Assembly (NCBI RefSeq): GCF_000143415.4
Contig: NW_003314262.1
Coordinates: 2,115,046-2,179,045, forward strand
Length of the DNA: 64,000 bases
Direction of reading: 5' to 3'
DNA from: Selaginella moellendorffii
Lineage: Eukaryota > Plantae > Lycopodiophyta
Positions 1 through 13,149 of the stretch are shown in pieces. Position 1 is the first letter of the stretch, and every line of letters begins with the position of its first letter. Under the pieces are notes generated by a model. The model had not been told where the DNA came from. It saw only the letters and a list, made by a program, of their open reading frames with translations, and searched no databases. A program made the translations under genes and the position numbers.

Positions 1-949
1 CTCTGTCCATCTTAGAGTACATCTTTGGGTCCATCTCAGACTCTATCTTGGGTCCATCTTAGTCCATCTTGAACTCATCTCGGACTCCACTACATGTTAT
101 GTGTTGGTCCTTTTATGTCCCTTTTCTATAGACTCTCTTATTACTTGCTTTGTGCTCATTCCTTGAGCACTCAATTAGGAGTTCCACTCTCGCTCTCAAC
201 TCTTCAAGTGAAAGCTTTTAGTCTAAACGTGTTATGCTCTTTAGCTTCCGCTTTAGCCATTACTATATGGCACCCTTTCAGCTCCTCTTTAGGGCTTAGG
301 GATTTGTTTCTCACAACTCCACCACCTATAAGCAAAGTTCAATGTCCTTATTGAACAGTAAACATTTTTATAAAGTAACTCTATCAAGTTTGTCAATAGG
401 TATTAGGTTTTGTAAACTTTTTAAGTTGTTAACTATGACTCTGCGGGCATCCCCCACACTTGGTAGTGTGCCCAAGTCAGCCCTTTTGGCCAACAATCCA
501 TAGCAACTGTGATTGGATATCCCCATCTCATTCACCACGTCCTTAGTGCTACTTGCACCAAAGTGTTCAAGTTAGATATGCTTAGCTTTCACACTAAGTA
601 ATCTAATTGTGCATCACTACTCCGGGGCATCCCCACTTGGCAGTATGCCCAAACCAGTTTCCTTATTGAGAGTCCATAACCACCGAAATATGAGTGTCCT
701 TATATTCCAAACTATAACCATGCCTTAGTGAGTTGGGACTTGAACCCAAGCACTAAAGGGTTGAGACTCAAACCCAACCTCCATATATGCATCTATGGAT
801 GGCTGAATATGTATGTACATTCCCCATGTCCCAATGGGACTAATACAAAAATTAGGCATGCCACCCTCTCAATGAGCTACTCTACATGATCCTCTTGTGT
901 TGCAACTAGACCTAGTCCTGGAGTAGAAGTGGACGTTGTCGTCCCAACC

Positions 950-3845
950 GAATCGTGTCAATATCCAAGTCTCCCCCACGAGCTGAACGTAGAACAAAGT
1001 TCGAGGGGCACCACTACCAATGAATCTCACCACCTACCATTCTACTGAAGCATGGGAGCCACCAGGACCTCCACTCCTCGAGTTGTCTTGGTTTTTCCTG
1101 CTCTTTCAGGATGGTGTACTGAAGACGCACCACTACAAGAGTGAGTCTCCACCACAATGCCACCACTGCTGATATTGTCGCTTGTTGCCCATCAAAGCAA
1201 AAATGGTTTCATGCCTCCCAAAGTGCTTGCACTCTAGTCGCTCTCCAGATGGACCAGCACTCATGGCCAATTGCCTCCCAGATTGACATCCCAACTTCAG
1301 CCCCTGTTACATCCCACTAGACTCGCATGTTCCATCTGTGTCATCCAAGATGATGAATGCACCTCCACGCTGGACCAATAGCTGGACCTCTAGCTCCCTC
1401 GAACCAGTGGAGGATATTCCTGCTCGGAGCCTCAAACTCTGGGATGTCTCCTAATCCAGCATTGCCTTGAAGATCTATTACCATACCTCTCTTGCCACAT
1501 CGCATTCCCAATGTGCATGTCGCACTGTCTCTAGCTCGCCACACTCTTTGCATCGTCGGTATACGTCCTCCTGAAACCGCTATCCTACTGGCAGCCCGTT
1601 GCTTGCCACCAACCAAGAGGTGGCCTTGACTTTCTCTGGTACCAGTAGTTTCCAAAACGCAAGCATGTTGTCCACCACTTGATTTGCTTCAACTCCTTGC
1701 TCAATCCATTTCTTCCAGAGCTTGGGGATCTCCCCTCGGGCCTCCTCCCTGTTGATCAAGAGACCATCCCATGCTTCCTTGACTTCAAATGAGAAGAAGC
1801 TCTTCGCTCCTTGTTTCCATGCTGCTGGGTCCCAATCCAGATCCTTGATGAGTTGCTGTCGCCACCATCTAAGAATGCCTTCCCTCTCTAGTGTGGCCAT
1901 CGATTGAACCAACAGAAACTACCTTGGAGCTTGTCGTACTACTCGAATCCTGCCTTTGACTTCGTCATCCGTCACCATTGGCATAACCTGTTCGTCTCCT
2001 GTTGGCAGCAGCATGTTGCCTCTCGTAACCCGAAAAGGATGCTTGACATTCTGTTTGGGAGACACAACAAACCACACCTCCACATTGCCATCCTCCCAAG
2101 TTGGCGTTGGGGCCATAAATGCCCATGTCTAGGCCCCCAAGCTAACTCGTTCCCTGCCTGGCTCCACATCCCATTGCAGAGCCATAAAGTCTCCCGGTTT
2201 GAGACAGCGCCTAGGCCAGAGCTGCCCCTTCTTTGCCTCACTCACCGCTCTGATGATGCAGAGAAGATCAAGGTGGACTTTCCTCCACCGTCCTGGGTTA
2301 AGGACTTGCATTCGCTTCATAGTCTTCTTCTTGTCCTTGTCCAGAACTCCCACTAGTTGCTTGAGCATTCGAAAGCCTTCTCCATGCAGCTTTCTCCAGA
2401 TTGTGTAGTGGTCTTCCCTGCCTAGCGTCTTGTCATCCACTTTGAAGAGGTCATTGAAGAATAGGGGCTGGTTCAGCCAGTCCTCTGCTCGCCCCAGCAT
2501 ATCCCTAGTGATTGGAAACTTGCTCCATAGCCTAAGAAGCCCTTGAACTAGTGTGTTGCCCTTGACTACTTGCTTCGGCCCTTCAGAAAAAAGCCAATGT
2601 GGATCCTCCTCCCATAGTCTTGCAGTGTTGTGCCTCGGTCGAATTGCCAACAAGCTCAGCCTGAACATGAGTCTCCAAGGCTGGTTACCTGGTTACCTGG
2701 TTGAAGGCCCCATAAGGAGGATTTTATACCGTAGGGCCTTTGCCATGTCACTCAGATTGACAACTCCAAGTCCTCCTAGAACTCGTGGACATGTTGTTGA
2801 TTGCCATGCAACCTTGTCCATGATCCTACTCGTGACAAGCGCGCCCTGCCACACATACTTACAAACCATCACGTGTACCTTTTTGAGAGTGTGTTTAAGG
2901 ATAGGCCAGATTGAGAGGTGGTACCAAATACTAGGCAGGATGATGCTCCTAGCTACAACCACTCTCGCTGGCAAACCGAGTTTCCAAGGAGCCCACTTCT
3001 GGATTGACGTTTGTATCCTTTGGAGCAAGGTGGCATCCTGGAGTGCTGCATTGAATTAGGTACCAACCTAAATCCCCAAGTACCTAGTGTCTTTACCTAG
3101 CTGGAGCCACTAGAAGCTGATGTCTTAACCCCAAGATTCAATGCCTGGCCGCCCCCAATTTATGCCTACTGATTTGTTCCAGTTGATTGCTGCACCAGTC
3201 GCGAGGTTGAAAGTCTCCAATGCCTTCTTGGCTGCGTCCAGGTTCTCCTTGGTCGCAAGTAGGAACAAGGCTATGTCATTTATGAATGCTCCATCTAAGA
3301 GTTCCCGAGTCACCCTTGTGGTTCTTAGGAGTTGCTGTCTCGCAGCCGGCAAGGTGAGTCCTTTGATGTGCCCTCCTTCCACTAGAAACGTGCCTAGGGC
3401 CTCAGCCACAATCAGAAAAAGATAGGGTGCAAGTGGACACCCTTGGCGTACCGAGCGTCCCAGCTAAAAACTCAGTCCCATCTCGCTGTTGATTGTGACT
3501 CTGCTTGCAGCTCCTCGGTACAATAATGAGATCCTAGCGACCATGACTCTTGGGATGCCGATCATATGCATACACTCCTCCAGGAACCTCCAGTCCACAC
3601 GATCATAGGCCTTCTCAAAGTCCAATAGCCATGTTGCAATTTGTTGGTCAGAGATCTCTGCCCATCTCTGAGCCAGCAGGTATGTCCAGATATTTTCTAC
3701 GATTTGCCAACTTGGAACGAACCCTGTTTGCTGCTCCTGGTATGACAGCTTGGAGCTTGAGGGTCATTACTTTGGCATAGACCTTTAGGACGTGTTGAGC
3801 ATGGTGATTGGCCTCCAGTTTCTCAATTCTTGCAAGTCCCCCCTC
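950..3845 (-). mobile_element. Degenerate non-LTR retrotransposon (L1/Tx1-like LINE) ORF2 fragment: reverse transcriptase and C-terminal region
   Basis: Minus-strand translation gives LINE RT motifs RNWRPITMLN (~3800-3825), LLDFEKAYDRVDWRFL (~3580-3625), GRSVRQGCPLAPYLF (~3415-3460), FINDIALF, ATGAAINWNKS, RYLG and GGLGVVNL. Broken by stops and frameshifts; boundaries approximate. Confidence 0.85.
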
Positions 3846-3869
3846 TTTGGGATAAGTGCAATCTAGCTA

Positions 3870-6860
3870 TCGAGGATGTTGCAAGGCAAGGACCCATCAC
3901 GTTGAGCATCCCGCCATGCTTGCAGCAGCAGCGGGCCTTTAGACTCCTAGTGCTCCTCAAAAAAAATGGGCAAGAGGCCATCGATACCTGGCTGTTTGTC
4001 TTTGCTGAGCTTCCCGAGCGCTTCTCGAAGCTCTCGAACCTGAAGGATGAGTTCTCCTAGGTGATTTTTCAAAGTGTCCCTTGTGAAGGAAACTTTTGGG
4101 CAGACAAGTTATCACATCAAGCAATCACCATGATGCGAGAGGCAAAAGGCACTCCCTGCTCTTTGATTTCCAAAGTTAAGGAGGAATCTAAGATAGATGA
4201 GCCCCTGTGCCTAAGGTTTCTCCAGACTCTAGGGTTCATGCTGTTTTCCTCGGTGATGACAAGGACCCGGTCTTTATCACCACATTGCTTGCTTCAACAA
4301 ACGTAGCAAAGCTCTTGGATCTCCTTCACTATTTCAAGGACATGTTTGCTTGGGACTACAGCCAGCTTCTAGGAGTTTCCATGGACACAATCATGCACAG
4401 TATTGTGCTTTTAGAGTCAGCCAAACCCATCCGTCAAAAGATGCGGTGTTTCAGCTCGACAGCTCACTTAGAGATGAAGTTGGAGCTTGAGCGACTTTTG
4501 GCAGCCAGTTGGAGAGCTCAAAGTAGGTGGCCAATCTCGTCCCTACATGCAAGGAAAATGGAAAACTAAGCCTCTATGTTGACTTTTGAGACTTGAATAA
4601 GGCAACTGCAAAAGATCACTTTCCGACTCCATTTATCGATGCGATTGTGGATGAGATGGCTGGACACCGTTACTACTCTTTCATGGATGGCTTTTCAGGG
4701 TACAATCATATCTTCATTCATCCTGATCATCGAGATCTTATGGCCTTCCAGACACCTTGGAGCGTCTTCGCTTTCAACATCCTCTTGTTTGGCTTGTGTA
4801 ACGCCGAGCTACTTTTCAACTCTTTATGACCCATGCCTTTCACGACTTGATTGGAGGCACCTTGAGGGTGTATATGGATGATCTGTGCATGACCTTTGAC
4901 TCCTTCGAGGACCACCTTGTGCACTTAGAGTAGATCTTCACTCACTGCCGACAACATAGGTTTTCATTGAACCCAGCAAAGTGTAAATTCAGGGTGACTA
5001 AGGGCCAGTTGCTAGGCTTTGATGTCTTACAGGATGGGATCAAGTCCCCAGATAGCCAAGGCTCAAGAGATTATGGATCGGCACCTACCAACCAACGTGA
5101 AGCAGCTTCACAGCTTCCTCGAGCAAATGGGTTTCTTTCACCGTTTCCTCCACAACTATGCTGCACATTCACGGCCTCTAATAGCTCTGCTACAACACAA
5201 CATTCCATTTATCTGGGGTGAGTCCCAGCAACAAGCCTTTAAATCACTAAAGCAGTCACTCTGCACAGCCCCGGTACTCTAGCCACCAGAATGACAACTT
5301 CCTTTTGAAATTTACATCACGACGGGTACAGAGGCTTTTGGAGTATGCCTTTGCCAATGTTCACAGCCTGGCAAGCCACCACATGCAACATACTATGCCT
5401 CACATTCGTTCAAGGAGACTGAGAAGAAGTATGTAGATGCGGGAAAAGAAGTAGTGGCTGTTGTTTACACCTTAGAGCGATTTCGTCACTTTCTCACTGG
5501 AGCCTGTATCCATTTCCATGTCTATTTTAATGTGCTAACCTTTCTTTTACAGTGACCAGTTCACAGTCCTCATACTTTATCTTGGATTGTGACCATCGAA
5601 GAGTTCCAGCCAACTTTTCCCATGCGATGGAAGCATGTGATGGATCCGAGCAAGTTCTTGGTTGCTGAAGCTACTTCTTTTGTGGTCCCAGCAGCATTAC
5701 AGGACATTGCAGTGTACCTGGATTTAGGTCAGTTCCCAGCAAATTCCTCACCAGTGCAACAAAAGGCATTGGAGATCCAAGTACGAGGGTTTTGCCTTCT
5801 TGATGGACACCTTTACAGGAGGACTTCTCAGGAAGTTTTGTTGTGGTGTGTGGGTGAACACAAGGTCCTTGAGCTCCTTCATACTTTCCACTCTTGTGTG
5901 GGGCATTTCTCGGGATGGGTCATAGCACAGCTCCTCTTGCACCATGGCTACTTTTGGCCTCGGATTCACTAAGACATCTTGGCCTATGCAAAGGCATGTG
6001 AGCAGTGCCAATGGTTCAACCCCCAAAGCCATGTTTAACGTCTTCCTTTCCAGCTCATCACTTCTTCGGGTCCCTTTTTCCAGTGGGGACTTGACTTCGT
6101 CGGCCCGATCAACCCACCGAGCTCAAAAGGACAGCAATACATTATTGTGGCGATGGACTATTTCACAAAATGGGTTGAGGCCACTTCTCTGTGATAGGCA
6201 GATCAAAAATCTACAGCAAAGTTTGTCTATGAGTACATTATTTGTCGATTCGGAGTTTCTACCATTTTGATTTTCAATCATAGCAGCAGCTTCCTTAGAT
6301 AGGTGATGCAGCATTTTCTCCGATGGCTGCAGGTCAAGCATGTGAAGAGCAGCAGATATTATCCTGAGTGCAATGGCTAGGCCAAGTCTAGCAACAAGAT
6401 ATTGAAGATAGTCATCTCAAAGCTTGTGGAGGATCACTCAAGGCGTTGGCATGAGCCTTGGTTACAGCGTTGTGGGCCTTTCGGACGTCAACTTCAAGAC
6501 ATCCATCTTTGTGACCCCATTCTCCCTTGTCTATGGGACAGAGGCCGTGCTTCCAGTGGAGATCCAGGTGCCATCACTCTCACTTTCGCTTCCATATGCA
6601 ACAGCGATGTAGCTTAGCGATGAGGACAAGCTTCATGCACGCGACTTAGAGGTTTTGGCCTTGGAAGAACAGCGACAATCCATGACTTAACTTCTCCTTC
6701 GAGGCAAGCAAAAGGTCAAGTCAGTCATTGATCACCAACAGTCTACCAAACCATTCAAGGATGGCGATCTTGTTTTACTCAAGGAGTTCACACCACCTTT
6801 GAAGTTCTCCCCTGGCTGGACCAACCCCTACTTTGTCTAGCAACACATCGGAGGGATGTG
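3870..6860 (+). mobile_element. Degenerate Ty3/gypsy pol of the Athila/Tat group (extra RNase H remnant - RT - RNase H - integrase)
   Basis: RT motifs KDHFPTPFIDAIVDEMAGHRYYSFMDGFSGYN (4593-4829), VYMDDL (~4870) and NPAKCKF. Integrase motifs include an H2C2 remnant (~5880-6010), QWGLDFVGPI, MDYFTKWVEA and TPFSLVYGTEAVLPVEI. Many stops; no LTRs identified. Confidence 0.9.
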
Positions 6861-9800
6861 AGCTCCCACATGCTCACAACCACTCTCACCTCAAATGCTT
6901 TATCTGGTGAGGTTTTCTTTTTCTCTTCTTTTTCATTTACTTCCTTTCTTTCACTTTACTTTCATGGCTTCTTTTCTTACTTTCAGAAGTGTTTCTCCAT
7001 TGGACCATGGCCCATGCCTTGGATTTTGTGCTTAGGCTGCATTGCCATTTGTATGGATGTTCCTCGCTTCGCTTGGTCTATATTTTAGGTTCTTTGGCCC
7101 TTCCCTTACCATTACTATACCCCACACATTCCTCACACCCCATTCCATATCATCTACACTCATAGTTCCATTACCAATCACTTCCAACAGCATTGCCCGC
7201 ACTTACCTCTAGATGCCCATCTTGCATCTTTTATTCTTTCACCATCATTCACATCTCCATTTGAAGTCATATTTACACCATACCACGGACACATATATGT
7301 GCACCAACAGTAGAAGACACCACCTCATTTGGACGTGCTGTTTTCAAGACATCATTACGACCATTTGTCGACGACGTACTAGCTTTTCTGGAGCGACTTT
7401 CTTCCAACCAGGTGAACCTATTCACTCAAGGCACCTTGGTGGATCTTTAGGAGAGGCCACAGAAGCTAAAGCCACTTTCTCCTGCTCCAGCGCTTAGTGG
7501 ACATATGCCACCTCTCTTTACCGACAACCTAGTGACTACGCCGTCCTTTTCAATTGCTGTCTTTGTCAATCCAACATATCAGACCATAGGCCTAACACTT
7601 TCAAAGATGGCCACCTTCTAAGAGTCCCACCACTATCTCGGCACTCCACCATATCACTCTATCTTTCATCATTTCTACACTTACCACTCTTGGGCAATGC
7701 ATCCCCTCTTCGACCTCTTTTTCTTTCTCAATTTCGGCCAATCCTTGGAGCATACTGGAAGTTATCAAGAGGCTGCATTTGCATATCACACTTTTCTGAG
7801 GTGAAATCCAAGTATGGGTTAAATTCTTTGGGTACTCACTCTTTTTCCTCTATTTTTTCTCTTCTTTTCACACTTTTTCTGCAGTTTTCTTTAACTTCAG
7901 GGTCTAGTTTGACTACAGGGTTTTTCACAAGGTTTTCTTCCCTATCTCAAAATTCACACCTACCTCTTTTCTTTCTTTTTCCACTTTGTTTTCTAGAGTT
8001 TCTACTATTTCATATAGTTACCAGCACTTAGCATCAATAGCAAAGGTACACTCTACACTCTTCAGAGCTTACATAAAATGGAAAGCTTGTTATATGTTAG
8101 ATATCAGTGAAAGTGTCAGATGTCAGTAAAATTATCAAATGTCAATGTCAGATACCATAATTGCAAATTATCATTTTCACCTGTCACCATCACTTTGTAG
8201 CGCTTGTGTGCTGCCATCTCCTCTTTCAACATTTTGTAAACAATTGTATGTGATTTGATAGCACCTTCTAGAACAAGGTATGTTACCTACAACTAATATC
8301 ATTTTATTATATTTTTTCTTTTAATAGTGACAATACTATAGTATAGTAAAGTAATTCTAGATCTTACATTCCACTGTAGAGTGGCCTAAAAACCCAGCTA
8401 ATGTAGTGTTTCCCAAGGGGATATTGTTCCTCACCATGAAGCGATAATGGATATGTGTCCATAACTCATTCTTGAATCTATTATACATCCACACATGCAT
8501 ATTTTCAAGACCCATTGTTGGGCAATTCCTGCAGTGCTCAGAAAAATTTGCCAACCCATAGAGCCATTTGTCTTATCCAAGAAAAAGTAGCATATTGGAC
8601 ATCAAATGTAATAGCGTTCTGTGCTTTCAAGTAGTCTTGCCATGTTAGGAGCAAAATCTTGCAATAACATGTGGCATTGCTCTTGAAGCGCTTGAGGCAA
8701 TCCCTCTCTAGTAGCAAGATCCAAAATTTCACATATAGGGAGCTCTAGTTCAACTTCACTAGAGCCCTCAACAAAAAAAGGATTGTTATGTGGAGGTGAA
8801 AGTGGAATGTTGGTAGAACTTGGGGATGGAGGTGGAGATTGATATGAAATGCTAGGGGGTTAAGTACGAGTAGCAATGACTCTCCTTTGAGCCATTTCAA
8901 TACAGATTTCTAAGGATTTCAAGGAGAACAAAAAACCTACAATGACTATAACTTTTCTAGATAGTTTATATACTAAGTTTTAGTCTTGGGAATGAGGTTT
9001 ATTTATTATGACACTGACAATACTCAGATTCTTTAAATGTCAATCTTGGAAATAGGGCTTCATAATCATAGCTTTCTTGTAAACATAAAAGCTTCTAGAA
9101 TTTTAGATTATCATATATACACATGCTCTATCATTATGATGAATTCTACTTTGCTACACATATATTCTTTTCTACACATGCCAAATATTAAGGAAATAAA
9201 CTGCAAGGAAATATAGACCATATTATAGTGGCAAAGCACATTGGCACACTACCATTCTCTTATGTGAGATTGCTTTTCAGTCTTGGAAATGTAGATAAAA
9301 TTGATTCTGTGATATGATATTACTTTTGAGTCTTTTGAAAGATTTTGATTTCTTTTATCATTATTTACAAACAATTCCTGAAAACTTTTAATGAGGATTC
9401 ATTGCAAAATATATCTTGGTCTTATCATATGAGAGGATTGTGATATAGGCAAGCAATAGAGTTTTTAATATGAATTAATATGTAAATTACAAATGTCATA
9501 GAAAGTTCTATAGAGTAAATTTTTTGGTGCTTTCCACCGTGCTGTTCATTTCTTCATTTCTCTTGTTCTGGATTATTGTTTCAGAAGTAACAGGAGCATT
9601 TTATCAATCATGATAGTGGTCTCCACATTCCCAGATGAGTAATAAGGACTAGGAGTGTAATATGGAGATTGTGGTTGTGAAAAAAATTGGCATTCTCACA
9701 TTTCTTTGCACTACAACTCTTACTCATAGATCTTGTATTTTCCTTGCTTCCCATCTTCTCAAGAACCCTAAAAAATCTTTTGAATGAAGGAATAGTATCT

Positions 9801-10984
9801 AGGACTGTAAAAGTATTCAAAATATTAAGTAGTCAAATCAAATATGACAACTGTAACAGTTGTCATAATAAAATAATATAGTTTTATAAAAGATGGGTTC
9901 TCATGAACTTTGTCTTTTTTAAACAATTCAATCTTATAGAAACTTTTAACTTAGATATTTATGTATTTTAATATTTTAAAGTTTGCTAGAACCTTCATTT
10001 GTTCAATTTAGATCTCCTTTGTAATACTTTTTATTGACTATGTTGACTTGAGTTGACTTGTGTTGAATTGAGCTCAACTCGTGAGTTCAACTCAACTTTG
10101 GACCATCCCCCTTTCCATGAAGATGAATGAAAAGGAAAAATACAAAAGAGAAAAACTTAAAAGCTATAAAAAAAATGAGATCTAGATAATACAAAAAGCT
10201 AAATCTAAACTAAAAGTCTAAATCTAAGCATTTCTCAAAGATAATCAAAACTACCCTCACTTCCACCAATGTTAGTACATGAAATATGGAAATGGAATAT
10301 GATCAATTAGCTAAAAAACTTTAATGTATATACAAAAGTGAGTGGTCCAGATTGAAACCAATCTAATGGCTATCAAAATTCTAATATGATAATATTAGCA
10401 TATGGCATACATCCATAATATTATTTATTATATATAAAATTCTTTATTGGTTTGTATGTACTGCTTTATAAAGTAAATATCTAACAAAGGGAAAGAAATA
10501 GCTAAGGCATGATAGGGTAACTCTGATAAACTTAACTTCACATAGCATTTTAGTTGGAGGCCTAAATTGTAACTTGCTTATATATTTCTTAGACTATGGA
10601 TAAGATTTAAAAGAGTTTGTTACTCAAATTAGTTACTAATTTGAGTTAAAAGAGTACTCAGTATGTATTTAAAAGAGTTTGAATTGTAAAATGAAGGGTA
10701 ATTTCTATCAACTAAAAAGAAAATAGAAAAAATTCACAATTTTCTAGAAGAGCATTAAAAATTATTTAATTCAAAATAGAAAGAAGCATAATAATATCAA
10801 ATAAATTCAAGATAAAATAATTAAGAAAAATTTTATTGGCAATACTTCTACCTCATGTATATGGTGCCCCTAAAAACATGATATAAATAACTAGAGAAAA
10901 ATCTCCCTCTTAAGTTTTTTATTTAGAATGCAATCTTGCCCTTACCCACCACAAAGAAAAGCCTCCTATAACATCTCAATTATC

Positions 10985-11540
10985 AAATATGCTGTTGATA
11001 TTTTAAGTGTTGAGAAAGCATAGCACCATGGAAGTGACGACCTCTGTGCACAAGTGATCGTGATCTTTGTGTATACTTACGAGTAAAAAATAAGAAGCAA
11101 GGTTTAATAAAGAGTCAAAAGTTATGAATACGAATAAAAAAATTAAAAATTAAATAAAACCAACTATCATACCACTACTCATAAGAGATATCTCTTTTTT
11201 TTTCTTGAATTCAACCCAAACCAAGAATATTCTTAATTTCGCTAAAATTGATACATATATCAAATACGCTGTTGAGATTTTTGAGAGAAAGCATAGCACC
11301 ACAGAAGCGATGAACTCTGCTATGAATCTTGTGTATTTACCTTGGCGCTGGTGATATCTCCAAACCGGATGAATCCATCCAGGTCTCATTGATCGGCATA
11401 CCAGGGCAAACCGCCCACAACGCAAGTGAAGCCGCCCATGAGTATGCTTTGCAATGGAGTTTAGGATATTTCTCTAGAATATGCTTTGTCCCTAACCAAT
11501 CGAATATGCACAAGTGATCGTGATCTTTGTGTATACTTAC
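10985..11540 (+). repeat. Local direct duplication (~100 bp unit); the second copy carries ~185 extra bp
   Basis: ATAYGCTGTTGA..GAGAAAGCATAGCACCA..GAAGYGAYGA.CTCTG..TGCACAAGTGATCGTGATCTTTGTGTATACTTAC occurs at ~10987-11080 and ~11263-11540. The second copy is interrupted between CTCTG and TGCACAAG. Confidence 0.75.
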
Positions 11541-11609
11541 AATAATAAAGATTCAAATATATAGAAATTATACTTTTGTTTAGTATAATCTAAATCAAGC
11601 AAGCGTCTG

Positions 11610-13018
11610 TGCATTCATTCCTGGAGCTCTGTCATCTTTCTTCATCAGTGCCAGAGCCGGTGTGCCGTCACGTTCCACCTACTTCTCTGCCGTTCAGATT
11701 TTCGTAGTTGCTTTTTTTGAGGTTGTGCGATTTCGTGGAGACAAGTTGTAATGGACATTTCTAGTTCTAGTTGCTAAGCGTGACACGGGTATGGCCAGAT
11801 AGTTCTCAATATGTTCCCTTACACATGTAAGCATTGTCAGCTTTGAGAATGGTGATAAAAGTTTCAAACGAAGGAGTTTTGGAGCTCAAAAGGTACACAG
11901 TCTCTCCAGCCTTTAAGTGCATTGCGAATTCAATGCTTTCTTGATCGTCTTCTTCTTTGAGAAATAGAGCTAGAAGGATGCAAAGTAGTCGCTAGTTCCT
12001 ATGTGATGCTATAATCATGGCTTGTGGTGATGTCCACAGATAAATCATTCTGGATGAGCTCCACGATGTTGAAAAACATCTTGCAAGTTCGGTAACGTTA
12101 GTCTGACAAAAATGTTTTCTTTCAGGCATTTTAAGTAGTCGTAAAAGAACAGAGGTGTCCTTGCTGAGTTATATGTATGTATATATGACCTATTTTAGAG
12201 TTTATATGGTGCCCAGGATAAGACTTTCTGGCTACTTTCACCAAAAAATTCCTTCATTCTGAGGTTGTACTCCAAGTAAGCTTGCTCCACCACGAAAATG
12301 GAGGCCTTGATAAGGGTCAAGGAGTAGTAGATATTGAGGCTGAGAGCAGTTCCTGGAGGACACCTTACGGACGGTTTACACAACACCTGGAGTCACGGAA
12401 CACCTTCTGGAAATGATCACCTGAAGAAACAGGCAGGAGAAAGAAGAAATCAGAGGAGCTGCCTCGGGAATTCTATGTCAGCTTGTAATCCCCAAGAGCA
12501 ATAGCTTTTGGGTGATGGCAATTGCTGGAGCACTGGAAGGTATTCTATGGATGAGGGAGATAGTGACAAAGAACTGGAGCTTGACAAAGCGAACTCACGT
12601 TCCATGGATTGAGAATGCTCAAGAGTTTGGCAAAGGATGACAAGAACTGCGTTTAGATAGGAAATACTCAAGGTCTATACTCCATTCTTGTAGCAAACAT
12701 AGAGATCAAAGGGAGAGAAAAAGCACTGGCCCAGAAAAGCCAGAAGAAAAATCTCAAGAAGACACTCCAGCTGCTTCAAAGGCTAGTGTCGACAAATGGA
12801 GAACAACTTGGATCTTATAAGTTACAGCATTATAAAAACTCAGGCCAACAGCTGAAATCAGCAACTTGGTGGTGTTCTCATGCTCTTGACGTTGATTATG
12901 CAGAGCTGAGATTTGTTCGCACTTAGTTACTGTTGCTGATGACATAATCTTGATGAGGCATGCCAGAGAGAAACTGATCGTGACAATACCCGAGGCCAGC
13001 TGAAGGACATGGAGGATG
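11610..13018. pseudogene. Rearranged, decayed copy of the ARM-repeat gene at 21010-23349
   Basis: Direct matches to 21150-21828 (at ~11610-12097), 22437-22650 (at ~12098-12347) and 22652-22778 (at ~12907-13018). Inverted matches to 22337->21868 (at ~12348-12805) and 22436->22338 (at ~12806-12906). Many small deletions. Confidence 0.9.
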
Positions 13019-13149
13019 TGAAGAAAAGAGAAAGAACATAGCAGGAAAACCTTAATCTAGCAAATGCCCCTAACAAGATATAGATCTTGTAGAAAAAATT
13101 GCTCTAAATACTAGAGTTACTCTAGCTATTGAATGAGCTAACTGTTATC

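Noticed and set aside
1-660. Short TCCATCT tandem repeats (1-90) and a ~40-bp duplication (~438 and ~618)
   Set aside because: Probably part of an LTR or TE truncated by the window edge; nothing supports a specific call.
8050-10110. Possible hAT-like DNA transposon remnant (short subterminal-like repeats at ~8100-8155 and ~10030-10110)
   Set aside because: No matching TIR pair, TSD or transposase motif could be established by eye.
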